The notes under the pieces were generated by a model that saw nothing but the letters and a program-made list of their open reading frames with translations, was not told where the DNA came from and did not search any database. A DNA stretch of 64,000 bases. Origin: Octopus vulgaris. Its lineage: Eukaryota. Below, piece by piece: positions 37,511 to 51,905 of this stretch. The stretch covers positions 80,042,001-80,106,000 of the forward strand of contig OX597827.1 in NCBI GenBank assembly GCA_951406725.2. Reading direction: 5' to 3'. The translations under genes and the position numbers were made by a program. Position 1 is the first letter of the stretch; the number at the start of each line of letters is the position of its first letter.

Positions 37511-39868
37511 CTTAAAGTTTATTGGTAAACTTCTGTTCATTGTCGATGTCTTCCAGTCTTCAGGATAGTAATGGCTCCTCGAATGACCAAATCTCTCTGA
37601 CATCTCTCCTCGATTACCTGACATCACAGGTACACTGTTGTTACCTTGATAGATCAACTGTCTCATCTCATTGCGACATTGGTATGCCTGTTTCTCTTCT
37701 GCTGTTCTTTCAGATGAGCTATTTCTCACATTGTTACATCTCACAATACACAGGGTTATAGAAACCACAATAGCTATAGATACTATCACAGCTGCTACTA
37801 CAATGATAATCAACAATGTCGCATCTATTGTGTTATCGCTTGGTAGGTGCACAGCTGTGAACATTGGTGACGTCTTGTTACTAACAGTCAGTGTCAAAGA
37901 CACACTAGTTGTTGCTGACAGAACTGGAGTACCACTGTCTTTCACAACAAACTCAAGCTCATATGATCCGGCATCATTTTGGTAAACTGTGCGAGAGTAA
38001 GATAACACACCAGTGAACGAATCCAGTTTAAATAACTGTCTCTCGTTACCTGAAACGATTTCGTACCTGAGAAAAGCATTTATGTGACTGTCTATATCAG
38101 ATGCTTTCAGAACTGTGATGTCGTTCTTACTTTGCGGATGATAGTGGACATTAAGAGTGAAAGGGTCAACACTAGGAAATGTAAAATATGGAGCATTATC
38201 ATTTCTATCCAATACTTCCACTTCAACATTCACTGTGTTATTCAGAGATGGGCTTCCATTGTCTTTCACAAAAACCTCAAACTCATAGAAATCTCTGTGT
38301 TCTCTGTCTAAAGACTGGTTTGTTGAAATAAAGCCAGAGTTGATAATCTGGAATGGCAGACGATATTGCTGTTTATTTCTCAGAGAATAAGACAATTCAC
38401 CTCCCTTACCAATATCTGGGTCTGTAGCATTGATAAAGCCAATAGGGAAATTAGCTTTGTCATTCTCATAGGTAAGGAACTTGAATGTGTCTTTCGTAAA
38501 GTGTGGTTCTACATCATTCACATCCAACACTTGGATTGACAGATCTTTATCAGTTTTCAGAGCAGGTAATCCTTTATCTTCACACGACACAGTAAAGTGA
38601 TAATGTTCCTGTGTCTCTCTGTCTACTGCTTTCTTTAGAACTATTTTATATTCCTTCGATCCCATTGACTGTAGTTTGAATGTGTCGTCTTTGATATGAC
38701 AGTTCACCTCTCCATTGTGTCCAACATCATTGTCAGTGACCATCACATAAGCAATGAAACTACCAACTTTGATGTCTTCCAGAATGGTAGCTGTGTTGTG
38801 ATTCCGTGTAAAAATAAAGTTCACATCAATATTTGGAGGATTGTTGTGTTGGTTGATGACACTTACCATAACAGTTGCTATGGAACTGAGAGGAGGGTTG
38901 CCCCCATCTCTGGCTTCTATGAATATTTTCGATGTATCCAATTTACCTAAATTTAAATTTGTAGACAATAAAATTTCTCCATTTTTTCTATTTAATGTAA
39001 AATATTTAGTCAATGTTTCAGATGTTATAGGACTAAAATAGTAAGATATTTCACCATTGTTACCAATATCAAAGTCATAAGCAGATAATGTAACAATTGC
39101 CTTATGTTTTGGATGTGTGTCATTTACATTAATTCTGTAAATTCTCTGAGAAAAAACTGGTGAATTATCATTAACATCTAAGATATTTATTTCAACATTT
39201 AGAATTGTTTGTTTTGGAGGATTCCCACCATCTTCAGCAATAACTTCAAAATTGTAAACAGCTTTAATTTCTCTGTCCAGTTTACCTTCCAAGACGATAT
39301 CTAGGTGAGAAGTTCCATCTGCTCTTTTAAAATCTTGTAGAGTAAAAGGATAATTTCGTTTTTTCTTTAATTTGTACATAATTAATCGATTTTGACTACC
39401 AACATCCTTGTCTGTGGCGTCTGGGATTGATCTTCTCCTGCCTTGGCCATCCATTTCAGAAAACTGTAAGATGATATGATCGACAGGGAATCTAGGCCAG
39501 TGGTCATTGATGTCTTCGATTATGATTTTGATCTTTAGAATTTTTATAAACTGTTTTCCTTTGTGAGCTGCAACGTTGATTGTATGAATGCACTGTTTTT
39601 CAAGAATACAGAGAGTCTCAGCATCCAATGGATGAACAGTGAACATTTTCCCTGGTCTAGTGATATTAAATAGATGTCTTCCATTCTGCTGTAGCTGGAT
39701 GAATGTGAGTAAGTGTCTTTCATGGTGTTTTAAACTGTCCCAGAGACCAGAATCTTCAGCAATATCTCCAATATAAGGGTTAGCAGTATTTTCTTCCTCC
39801 ACTACATAGATAAGTTCATTGTAGCAACAGTGGAAGAAAGCCAAGATGATAGATAAATAAGTTAGCAT
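37511..39868 (-). CDS. PCDH: Protocadherin G5 large exon
   Basis: Six EC repeats and TM; exon starts 39921, ATG 39868, donor AAG|GTAAGT. Confidence 0.93.
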
Positions 39869-40729
39869 TTTTAGTCAAGTTAGTGTAAAGGGCAGCACTT
39901 TACAGCAGACAATGTCTTCATCTGAAAAAGATAAATGAGATAGTAAGAACAAAATTAAGAGACCATGTTTTTAAATTAGTTGAAGAATAACATTTTATAG
40001 CTCCAAAATAACAGTATTAGACTTATAGAGTAGAATGTGAGTTCTATATTTGTTCATGTATTACTAAACTAAGAATTAGATTCAATATTGAAAGCAAAAT
40101 ATCCAGCCACAATGCATAAATTCACAAGTCAACAATTTAACTGAAGTTGTAAAAGATTACATACACAGGTATTTTATTATCATTTCTATACCAGTATGTG
40201 TTGGATGGGTTTCTCACTGCCGTCTCATCTGTGAAGTCCCAAATCCTGAAACTTGATTTTGCTCTCTGCCTATTTTACATTTCCATCAAATCAAACTCAA
40301 CTCATTTTTCTTTTCTTCCATATAATAAAATGGTTTCCAGTGTTTCTCAAAAATATAGTTTGTCTCTGACAACATCTTAACAATTGGTAAGGAAGAGAAC
40401 CACCTTCATGGTAAAATGATAGTTTTGTAAATTTACACAGCTGTAATTTATTATCTAATATGGGCTATTAGGGGTAGAATGGTTAATTTATAAGTTAATG
40501 AAATATGGATGACAATTTGTTAACGAGTTGAGCGTAACTTCGACTGTCATCACTACTCCCACCACCACCTTACCCCAAACCATTGCATCTTCAGCCATTT
40601 CCCAATACCATTCTCTATAACAAGAAAAACAACAAAGTGTCACCTTCAAAGCTGAAATAACTGAGGTTTATACAATGGCAGGTAAGCACGGCTATTTTGT
40701 TCAGTTTGCTTGACAGCTATTTTGTTTAG

Positions 40730-40830
40730 GATTTAGCCCCGCAAGCACAACACCTTGGGCCTCCTCTGTTCTCAGGTCGACCAAAGCCATGTCAGTGGAA
40801 TTTAGTGGACAGGAACTCTATGGAAACTCG
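40730..40830 (+). mobile_element. SINE family 2 fragment
   Basis: caccttggg...gaccaaagcc.tg..agtgga.tt...gga.act, shared with 34860-34990, 41500-41610 and 50715-50830. Confidence 0.5.
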
Positions 40831-42262
40831 TCGGGGGGGCAGTTTGTATTTTTTTTTTTTTGTTTGTTTTTTTTTGTGGTGGGGGACTTAATGTGTCTCC
40901 CAATTTAATACCGCCAGATGGCCCTTACTTATCTTTAATAGGTCAGGGCTCTGCTCTAAGATTAACCCCTTCTCTTTCTTTTAGCAGTTGAGCTGATCTT
41001 CTATAAGGAATAAGCAATAAAACAAAGACAGGTTTCTTTTGTCAAGTTTTAAACTAAAATAAAGATACCACGACAAAAATTATTCAAAGGGGAAAAAAAA
41101 AATCAAGTATTGGAGTTACCTTCCTTAGATTTTATTCTGACCTGTTTCTTATTGCTTCGGGAAGGGAACGGTCCGTGCCTCAGTAATATTTTATAGTAGG
41201 CAAGTGAGAATGAGCAACGTGGACTGGCTAAATTGTCCCAGTCTCTGGTATCACTCATAGTTTATACAACAGAGATCAACTAATGAGAGAGAGATTTGTT
41301 TTTAATAGCTAAGTGAGAGGAAGAAGGGCAGTGCCCATAACTGCTCAACAGCTTGATGGGAGAGCCTGGCTTGCATCAGAGTGGACTCTGATCGAGGAAC
41401 CCAAGAGATGGAAGGTGGTATTAAAGCAGACAATGGATGATTAAGTCTGCCACCTAGGAACAGGAATAGTTGCCACCCATCGAACTTTACTCACGAAACT
41501 GGTCAGGTTGAGGCTCTGCTAGAAGATGCTGCCTTGGGTGCCACAAAAAGGCACTGAACTCAGACCTATGTGATTGTAAACGAACTTCTTAACCACATGG
41601 CCTTGCCTGTCCCATGGTACAATAAATGTTGTTTCAACTTCCTGCAGCAAACGTTATATTTTTGTTTTTCACGGTTGCAAATGTTAATGTCTATCTATCC
41701 TTTATATTTATATGATTTCATCATAATAATAATGTTTGTTTCAGCTACAGCAACTAATATTGCAGCTAATATCTTTAATGCTCTGTAATTAAACAGCATA
41801 TGAAAATACAGAACCAAAGTAATAGAAAATGATTTAACCAGCAAGAAGTAAATGGGGGAAGCAATTATAACAATGAAATCATATTCTGTCTGTTGTGTCT
41901 GATTTTCTAAAGTGTCGAAAGAGAACAGCAAGAAGAAAATGTCAACTCAACATTATTCTTTTGTGTGGAAATAATATTGCATTTTGATCTCTTGTTGATA
42001 AATTGCACTTTCAGAGAGAAGAAACATGACTGCTTAGTAATTATGAATAGGGAAATTAATGATCTTAATAACTGCTGAGAAATGAATGCAACCATGTATT
42101 TCTTTTTAAATGTATCACTAATTAATTTTAATTGATGACAATCTACAACATGAAAATCTTAAGTCACATAAATAACGTTTATGCTTTATATAAAAACATC
42201 TCTACACAAAATTTATGGATTGATGAGTGTGATGTCTGCAATAATATAAATTCCATAAAAAG

Positions 42263-42505
42263 GGGGTGAGCTGGCAGAAACGTTAGCATGCCAGGCGAAA
42301 TGCTTAGCAGTATTTCGTCTGCCTTTACATTCTGAGTTCAAATTTCGACAAGGTCAACTTTGCCTTTCATCCTTTCGGGGTTGATAGATTAAGTACCAGT
42401 TGCATACTGGAGTCGATAAATTAAGTACCAGTTGTGTACAGGAGTCGATCTAATCGACTGACCCCCTCCCACCAAATTTTGGACCTTGTGCCTAGAGCAG
42501 AAAAG
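42263..42505 (+). mobile_element. tRNA-derived octopus-type SINE (family 1), near full length
   Basis: A-box-like tggcagaaacgttag, B-box gagttcaaattt, conserved body, 3' end ccttgtgcctaga. Confidence 0.8.
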
Positions 42506-42797
42506 AATATAAATTCCATAAAGATGCTCTGAATTGATTGTATTTTATTTTTTGAAATTCTGTGTTATTCTTCAAATATACTTCTAATATCAATTTCTTA
42601 TATTGTCACAAGACTCCATATATGTAAAGGAGGAGGTCCTGCCAATTGAACTGGGTTTGAGGAAATACCTTGTATTTATTCTCTTGCTTCAGGAGGGATG
42701 AAAGGCAAAGTTGATTCTGGAGTAATTTGAAAACAGAATATGGAGATGAAAATAAATATTGACACCCAAGGAAATATTTATGAAAATATAAACTTAC

Positions 42798-43172
42798 ATT
42801 GATTGTGTAAAATCCTTTGTTGTTATAAATTGTGACTTGGTCCCAATGTTCTGTTGTTAATGGTTGTCTGTGTCACTGCTGCTATGGTGTGACAATGGCT
42901 TCATGTTGATGGAATAGTGTTGGTGGTGAGTCAGTGGGAACCAGCAGTTCCCTCTCAAGTCTTCCTTTGTGGAAGGGTGGTGGCTTGAGAGTGTGTGAGA
43001 GTAAATGTGTATAAGTGTGTGTTTGTGTGAGAGAGACTCGAGTGATGCTTACTCCAGCCTCACTCAGAGTAAATGCTCTGTTTCCCTAAACATAGAGCAA
43101 AAGATAAGGGGAACATACAATATCTGTTCCCTTAAGAGTCAGTTGCAAAAGGTCCATATAACACCAACATGA
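42798..43172 (-). promoter_or_regulatory. Conserved leader exon/promoter cassette (probable exon 1 of G5)
   Basis: Invariant core; donor ATCAAT|GTAAGT. Confidence 0.6.
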
Positions 43173-43674
43173 TAGAGAGAAGATAACTTTGATCATTTCA
43201 TGGGAATATCCACTTGTGTAAAGAGAGAATAAAAGTATTTAGTATTTAGGAGAGGTTATTGTAAGTCAGTGTAACTAATGTTAGTAAAACATCCCTAACT
43301 AATGATGTAATCAGAAGTTCTATACAATCTAAATGTGAATTATTTCCTGTAAGTGATAGGAATGTTGAGAGAAGTATTCTAATTTGCCTTTCAAATATTA
43401 ATTCAACTGTATATGATTTACCTAAAATTCTCAAAGCTATGAATGAAATATTTATGATCCATTCATTTTGTTAAAGTTAAAAATAAAATAATTCAATGAA
43501 ATTAACCAAAAATATATTTTTGAAAATTTCTTTTCTTAGACATCAAATTATTAATACATTATCATTAATTAATACTTTCTCACTTAACTAACTTAAATAA
43601 ACTGAATATGCTTTAGAACAATATTTTCAATGATGGCGATTTGTTTTACTGTTGCCAGGTTACCAATTAAAATG

Positions 43675-43793
43675 TCACTGATTTACAACATCTGGTGGTG
43701 AAGGCAACTGTCTCTCAGGGTTTTTTACATATCTCTCTTGGTATAGTTGTCTTTCATTATTGGCTGACATATCTGATTGGATAGTGTAATGTC
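43675..43793 (-). CDS. PCDH: Protocadherin G6 terminal exon B (GHYTIQSDMSANNERQLYQERYVKNPERQLPSPPDVVNQ*)
   Basis: Acceptor TATTTTCAG, phase 1, TGA at 43677-43675. Confidence 0.82.
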
Positions 43794-44160
43794 CTGAAAA
43801 ATAAGAAATATATCAACACCATTGGTCATTTCACCAAACATTTCAATTGAGATTTCATTATTTTAATCCACTCTATGATATTTTATTTAATTTAGATGAG
43901 TTTTTATGCTTTCTAAGAGGCAATGACACAAATGAAAAGGAAATAATGATATTAATAAATGTATATTTATATTTCTAAATATAACTTAAAAAACCTAATT
44001 TTCTCCAAGAAATTTACACACAACTATCATATATATTACACTGAACTCTCAGATTAAACAGACAAAATACATGAGAGTAGAAAATATGCTTCTTCAAAAT
44101 TTTCAAAAACTCTTTAGTAATACCACTTATATGAAAAGAAGAAATTACAAAATCTCTTAC

Positions 44161-44311
44161 CTGACATTGCTGGTATTTCTTCATACTGTCTACTTGACCG
44201 CTCACTCCAGCACTGTCCACTACTCTTACGACTGGTCAATGTGTCAGTGGGATAGTTAGAAGATGGTCTGTTGTCTCCGTAAGATGTCACCTCAATGGGT
44301 TGACTGTATTT
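44161..44311 (-). CDS. PCDH: Protocadherin G6 tail exon A (lacks the first Gln)
   Basis: 151 bp, acceptor CTCATCAG, donor GTAAGA. Confidence 0.83.
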
Positions 44312-45224
44312 CTGATGAGTAATAAAAGGTATTTATCAGAGGGTATGGCATAATACAAACATAGGCCGTAAACACAGCCCCTACTTCCAGACCACACAAT
44401 TAAATAAAAAAAGATTGTGTTAATAATATTGATAATATTAGTAATATTATATTAATTTTAACAGATACTTCTATGGTCAACCCTACAAAATTCACTGTGG
44501 AAATCAATACTAGAGAGTGTTGTCTAAAATTATTTGTTGCAGTAGATTTATTCCGTGTCTGCAGAATGAATGGAAATGACCAAAGTTTAGTCTGATCAAC
44601 AGTGTTCTTTTTCTTCCTTATTTCTATCCTTAATAAGTTCATCGGAGTGACTCATGTTTAGCAATCCATATAATAATTCGTTTATAATCATTTGTATTCA
44701 TTAAATACAAAATAATCGTTTTTGAGAAACAATTCCAAGCCCTTTCCCCTTGACTTTTCAATTTTGTTATCTTCAGCTTTATTTAAGACTAGAAAAATGA
44801 CAACAGAGAGAAGCACAGTTCCTGCAGCTCTAATCACAGTAAAATAAGTAATTTCCTCTAACAACTATTTAATAGATTCCTTGTATGACTCATATTTTCC
44901 TTCCCTTAACCCTGCCTCGGACATCTTCAGCTGATTCAGTCCACACCCACCTCCCCACCATTCCCTTGCAGCGATAGTTATTTCCCTTCCACCATTACTT
45001 CCAGATATCAATACAAACAGGAAATTGAATTTCCCCATTAATGTTGACAGTGTATGACCTTTCTAAGCTAAAAGACCCCAGAATTACAACACAGAATCTG
45101 AATCTGTCTAGCATTCTTCAACTAGCAAGGATATCAGATATAACCAGGTAGATACGGTTAATGCCATATACAAATGGGTAGATAGTGGCGATATCATATA
45201 AGAGATGGTTAATGGTGTGTATGT

Positions 45225-45250
45225 ACATACATACATACACACACACACAC

Positions 45251-45287
<37 letters not shown>

Positions 45288-45440
45288 TAATATATATATA
45301 CATATATATATAATATATATATACATATATATATAATATATATATACATATATAATATATATATATACATATATAATATATATATACATATAATATATAT
45401 ATACATATTCATATATATATACATATACATATATATATAC

Positions 45441-45471
<31 letters not shown>

Positions 45472-45869
45472 CACATACATACATATACATTTACACATAT
45501 ATATATTTACATACACACACACACATATAAATTAGAATAAAACCACCTTTTATAAATTCCATAATGAAAAATTAAATTATACCATTTAGAAAAATTACAT
45601 GTTATAGAAGGATTAAATATAAGATAAAACATATAACAATGATTAAGTAATGTGCAAAATAATAAATAAAATATATATATTGGGTAAAATAATGACACGT
45701 GTTTCATGGCTATATTTAAGAAGTGATAATAGTAATAATAATAGTAGTATTCGTAAAATCACTTCAATATAAATATAGCTACTCTTCAGGTTAAAGATAA
45801 CAACAATAAAATGAGTTTATTGTTAATTTATTTTTTATAATTAATTAACGCACACACACACACACACAC

Positions 45870-45916
<47 letters not shown>

Positions 45917-46107
45917 GGAGTAAACACATAAATGTGAAACAAGGTGGGAAAAAGAGTACTCAAATACCAGAGGTTGAGTAATATGCTTTATTTAAAAGCA
46001 GCAGAAACTTAATAAAAGCTGTTACTTGGAGTTTCACGTTCCCGTTCGTCGGGAACGTGAAACTCCGATTAACAGCTTTTGTTAAATTTCTGCTGCTTTT
46101 AAATAAA

Positions 46108-46148
<41 letters not shown>

Positions 46149-46183
46149 TATATGTATATATACATATATATATATGTATATAC

Positions 46184-46255
<72 letters not shown>

Positions 46256-46277
46256 GTATATATGTATACATATATAC

Positions 46278-46318
<41 letters not shown>

Positions 46319-46322
46319 TGTG

Positions 46323-46357
<35 letters not shown>

Positions 46358-46587
46358 GTATACATATATACATACATATATACATATATATGTATACATA
46401 TACGTATACATATACGTATATACATATATATATATACATATATACATATATATGTATACATATAATATATATATATATGAAGGCATATATATTTATATGT
46501 ATATGTACATATATATGAATGTATGTATATATGCATGATGTATGTGTATATATGTACATATATGTTAAGATAAATATTCTTGGAAGT

Positions 46588-46640
<53 letters not shown>

Positions 46641-46670
46641 CATATATATATATCATATATATATACATAC
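45225..46670. repeat. (TA)n/(TACA)n/(CA)n microsatellite field
   Basis: Tracts at ~45225-45530, 45850-45913 and 46109-46670. Confidence 0.9.
45914..46108. mobile_element. Putative Penelope-like fragment with foldback, inserted in (TA)n
   Basis: 59 bp arms 45986-46044 / 46050-46108, 5 nt loop, hammerhead-like GACGA-ACG-GGAA-CGT-GAAAC. Confidence 0.5.
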
Positions 46671-46850
46671 AGTCAATTCAAATAAACAAGTGAAATTAAC
46701 AGATAACAAAAGGACATGCACAAGAAATGTATAATTAGCTTAATGCTCGATTAAAATTGAGAGATTAACACTTCGAGCATAGCTCTTCATTGGAAAGGAG
46801 AAAGGGAAAAGTCCAAAGAGAGAAAAGAAATCACCAACAGTTGGTGTCTA

Positions 46851-47439
46851 GGATCTTTTCTAAAAGATGGACAGAATTTTCTACTTAACTAAATAATTTG
46901 AAACTTCGTATACTGGTAGAATGTGTCAAAAGAAAACATTAATTTCAATTAGTTTTTTTGAGAAAAATGTATTTTGTAACTTTTACGTAGTTTAATTCTT
47001 CGAATTTTAACCAATCGTATTCTCTGTTTTGAGCTCAATTCATTTCTGCCGTGTTATTCATCCTTATCACTGTCTTCTGTTTTCTGTCTTCAAAGGCTTC
47101 TCACATGTTTATTTCAATGTCATCTCTAACTTACGGAACGATTACCTGTGTGTGTGTGTGTGTTTTTGTTGTGTATGTGTGTGCATGTGTGTGTTTGTTG
47201 TGTGTGTGTATGTGTGTTATTGTTGTGTATGTGTGTGTTTTTGTTGTGTGTGTGTGTGTGTTATTGTTGTGTATGTGTGTGTGTTTTTGCTGTGTACGTG
47301 TGCGTGTTATTGTTGTGTATGTGTTTTTTTTGTTGTGTATGTGTGTGTGTGTTGTGTATCTCTTAAATCGATGAATTTCGTCGCCCAATAAAAATATTAA
47401 CGATATTTTTTGAACTTTGATATCTTTTAGAAAAGATCC
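46851..47439. mobile_element. MITE with 18 bp TIRs containing a GT-rich minisatellite
   Basis: ggatcttttctaaaagat (46851) / atcttttagaaaagatcc (47422-47439); GT-rich array at 47146-47360. Confidence 0.65.
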
Positions 47440-47484
47440 GTGTCTAGTTACATTCATACATATATAAACAGATTGGCAATGCAT

Positions 47485-47765
47485 TCTCTTTTTCCTCTCC
47501 CCTTCCATTCTTCTTTCCTCCCACCCACCCTCCAATTCTTACTTCCTCATTTCTTTCTTCTCTCTCCTCTCTCTTTCATCCTTCCTCCCCACCCTTCTTT
47601 CCTATCTTTTACTTTTTCTTCTTTTCCTCCTTCCTGCCTTCCTTCTCCCTCTTTCTTTCTCCATTTCTAACTTCCTTTCTCTTTTCCCAACCCTCCCTAC
47701 CCCTTGCTATCCTCCCTGGCTCCCTCTAATTCTACCCTGCCCACACCCTTCCCTCACCATCACTT
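47485..47765. repeat. CT-rich low-complexity tract
   Basis: Almost pure pyrimidine run. Confidence 0.7.
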
Positions 47766-47867
47766 TCAGGAGGTAAAACAACATAAACAGAGTTTAGATA
47801 AAACACTGCTCCATGTGCTCAAAGACAACACGCACACACACACACACAGATCATAATAGCAATTTAC

Positions 47868-50237
47868 CTTTGTAGACTTCTGAAGTGATCTGCTCATTGT
47901 CGATGTCTTCCAGTCTTCAGGATAGTAATGGCTCCTTGAATGACCATATCTGTCTGACATCTCTCCTCGATTACCTGACATCACAGGTACACTGTTGTTA
48001 CCTTGATAGATCAACTGTCTCATCTCATTGCGACATTGGTATGCCTGTTTCTCTTCTGCTGTTCTTTCAGATGAGCTATTTCTCACATTGTTACATCTCA
48101 CAATACACAGGGTTATAGAAACCACAATAGCTATAGATACTATCACAGCTGCTACTACAATGATAATCAACAATGTCGCATCTATTGTGTTATCACTTGG
48201 TAGGTGCACAGCTGTGAACATTGGTGACGTCTTGTTACTAACAGTCAGTGTCAAAGACACACTAGTTGTTGCTGACAGAACTGGAGTACCACTGTCTTTC
48301 ACAACAAACTCAAGCTCATATGAGCCGGCATCATTTTGGTAAACTGTGCGAGAGTAAGATAACACACCAGTGAAAGAGTCCAGTTTAAATAACTGTCTCT
48401 CGTTACCTGAAACGATTTCATACCTGAGAAAAGCATTCATGTGACTGTCTATATCAGATGCTTTCAGAACTGTGATGTCGTTCTTACTTTGCGGATGATA
48501 GTGGACATTAAGAGTGAAATGGTCAACACTTGGAAATGTAAAATATGGAGCATTATCATTTCTATCCAATACTTCCACTTCAACATTCACTGTGTTATTC
48601 AGAGATGGGCTTCCATTGTCTTTCACAAAAACCTCAAACTCATAGAAATCTCTGTGTTCTCTGTCTAAAGACTGGTTTGTTGAAATAAAGCCAGAGTTGA
48701 TAATCTGGAATGGCAGACGATATTGCTGTTTATTTCTCAGAGAATAAGACAATTCACCTCCCTTACCAATATCTGGGTCTGTAGCATTGATAAAGCCAAT
48801 AGGGAAATTAGCTTTGTCATTCTCATAGGTAAGGAACTTGAATGTGTCTTTCGTAAAGTGTGGTTCTACATCGTTCACATCCAACACTTGGATTGACAGA
48901 TCTTTATCAGTTTTCAGAGCAGGTAATCCTTTATCTTCACACGACACAGTAAAGTGATAATGTTCCTGTGTCTCTCTGTCTACTGCTTTCTTTAGAACTA
49001 TTTTATATTCCTTCGATCCCATTGACTGTAGTTTGAATGTGTCGTCTTTGATATGACAGTTCACCTCTCCATTGTGTCCAACATCATTGTCAGTGACCAT
49101 CACATAAGCAATGAAACTACCAACTTTGATGTCTTCCAGAATGGTGGCTGTGTTGTGATTCTGTGTAGAAATAAAGTTCACATCAATATTTGGGGGTTTG
49201 TTGTGTTGGTTGATAACATTTACATGGACAGCTGCTATGGAACTCAGGGGTGGATTACCTCCATCCCTGGCTTCTATATAAAGTGTATACATAATCTTCT
49301 CTTCATCAATATCAATTTCATCAATTAGAAATATATCTCCAGTTGTTTTATTCAGGCCAAAGTATGTTTTGTCAATATCAGAAGTCATTGGACTAAAATA
49401 ATAAGAAATCATCCCATTTTTACCACTATCCTTATCATTTGCAGAAGGAGTTAATATCGGTTTGTATATTTGATAAGTATTCTGAATAGAAATATTGTAG
49501 AGGTCATTTGAGAAAAGAGGTAAATTATCATTCTCATCTTCTACTATTATTGTTATCTTTAAGACACATTCTTTAGGTGGGGATCCCCCATCTGTAGCTG
49601 ATACCTGAACATGATAGATATCTTTTTGCTCTCTGTCTAATTTTTCATTCAAAACAATTTCCAATCTGGATATTCCATCCACTCTTTTAGAAACAGACAG
49701 CACAAATTTCACAGAATTATTTCTCAATTTATAATTAATCAGCCTGTTCTGATATCCAACATCTTTATCAACAGCATTAGGTATCATCTTTTTCATACCT
49801 TTACCATCACCTTCCCCAAAGATTAGTGAGATTTCTTTCTGAGGAAACTCAGGTTGGTGGTCATTGGTGTCTTCTATTATGACTTTAATCTTTAAGATCT
49901 TCATAAATGTTTTATGTTTATGGATAGCAACTTTCACAGTTCTGTAACATTCAGTGTTATATCGACACAAAACTTCAGCATCCAAAGTTTGAGCTGTGTA
50001 CAATTTTCCTTCTTTTGTTACATTAAACAGTTGAGTTCCTTTCTGTTTAAGTTGATTAAATGTGAAGAGACTGGCATCGTCAGTTAAAAGAGTTTTGGTG
50101 ACAAGAGTTTCAGTAGCAATGTCGCCTATGAAATAGTAAGGAACATTCTCCTCCTTTACATGAAAGGTAATGTCTTTACACAGACTACAATGCATACAAG
50201 AGAGAAGTATGCAAATTGCTACAAACATATCTGCCAT
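47868..50237 (-). CDS. PCDH: Protocadherin G6 large exon
   Basis: Six EC repeats and TM; exon starts 50283, ATG 50237, donor AAG|GTAAAT. Confidence 0.93.
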
Positions 50238-50714
50238 TTGGATGAAGAAGGACTTCTATAGAAAACAAAAATGTAAACCACACCTGAAATGAAAATATAA
50301 AATCTAATTAAGAATATATATTCACAATTTTATTACAAATCCTCATGAAAAAGTTAAGAAACATTAAACATCCACATCATAAGATTAACAACACAAAACA
50401 ATAGAATTTCAAAAAATATTCAATAAAAATCATATATTGTTCACTAAAGAAACACCTACAACCAACAGTAATCATTAATAAACAGAGCGTTCAGTTCACT
50501 CTACAAGTCACAGTTCCATTCATAAAAAGTGAAATAAAATAAGATTTCCTTACACAACATTGTTCATGTACATGACAAAAGCAAAGTATGTAATATAAAC
50601 TGTTCATAATTACTTATTCTGTTATTCTACTTGCAGAGGCACCTGGCAATGAACGATGTGATTTGAGGAAGAATTAAATGCTATGTCTATCAGGTTTAGC
50701 TGCTTCTCAAATTT

Positions 50715-51080
50715 GTGGTTTTGGGTTCAGTTTCATGGCATGGTACCTTAGATAAGTGTCTGCTACTACAGCCCCAGGCTGACCAAAGCCTTCTGAGTGG
50801 CTTTAGCACATGGGAACTGAAAGAAGTCTGTCTTATATATAAGTGTGTTTTATGTATACTCATGTCTAGATATCACAAGGTGGTTCTAAACAAGGGTCAC
50901 CATTATATAACCAGAGTTGCTCATTTCATGAAGCATGTCCAGTCAATGGGAAATGTTACTTTGCCGAGAAACAGGTGAGGGTTGATAACAAATAGAGCAT
51001 CCAGTTATTCTGCCACAACAAATTCCAGCTGACCAATGCAAGAGTGGAAAAATGGACATTAAATGATGGGGATGATGATG
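50715..51080 (+). mobile_element. SINE family 2 head plus (TGA)n-tailed 3' end, diverged
   Basis: gggttcagtt...ggtaccttagataagtgtc...gaccaaagcctt; ends aaaatggacattaaatgatg. Confidence 0.55.
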
Positions 51081-51314
51081 ACATAAATTAAGAAGCCTAG
51101 TTGTAACACAAAAGTGTGTAAACATATTTTTTCTATACTTTTGATATGCAGAAACAGCCATTTCAATCACACAAATATTTGCTAGTTATCATCATCATCA
51201 TCATCGTTTAACATCCGTTTTCCATGCTAGCATGGGTTGGACAACAGTAATGAATAAAACTAACACTGTAATTTGGGTGTTTGTGATTCTGATAGCTGAT
51301 CATTAATTAAATAG

Positions 51315-51530
51315 CATATATTTCCATGTGATGCAGATGGATATTGACAGCCTGATAAAGAAGGACTAATCAGTCGAAATAGATGGAACTCATGGAAGAG
51401 GGAGACTCAGGAAGATATGGGACGAAGTACCAAGGGACAACCTCAGAACACGGAACCTTTCATTGGAGATGACAAAAGACCAAGACATCTGGTGCCTTGC
51501 TGTACTCCGGAAGACCCATCCTCCACAGTA
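51315..51530 (+). mobile_element. RTE-clade LINE C-terminal fragment
   Basis: Translation FHVMQMDIDSLIKK..VEIDGTHGRGRLRKIWDEV...EMTKDQDIW resembles the RTE GHVxR...GxRxRGRPRKxW motif. Confidence 0.65.
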
Positions 51531-51694
51531 GAAGTGTTAAGGCCACCACCCCTGATGGAGAGGACTGGCCTACAAGAGTCCTGTGACAGTGACATGTAAA
51601 AAGCACTCATGTGGTTGACATTAAAACACAGAATTATAATTTATCTCTGACAAGACTTCATTTTTAGATTTTAAAATAGAAAGAAATATTGATT

Positions 51695-51905
51695 TCAAAT
51701 TTTGGCACAAGGCCAGCAATTTTAGGGTACAGGGTAAGTTGATTACATCTACTGGGGTGGATGTAATCAACTTATATTATCAATTCTGAAAAGAGGAAAG
51801 GCAAAGGTGACCTCAACAGAATTTGAACCCAGAATGTGAAGGCAGACAAAATGCCGCTAATCATTTTGCCGAGTGTGCTAACAATTCTGCCAACTCACTG
51901 CCTTG
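51695..51905 (-). mobile_element. SINE family 1
   Basis: tttggcacaaggccagcaatt...aaaggcaaaggtgacctc..cagaatttgaac...gctaacaattctgccaactcac. Confidence 0.7.

Noticed and set aside
45108-47670. Long Y/I-, C/V- and P/F/S-rich ORFs
   Set aside because: Translations of TA, GT and CT microsatellites
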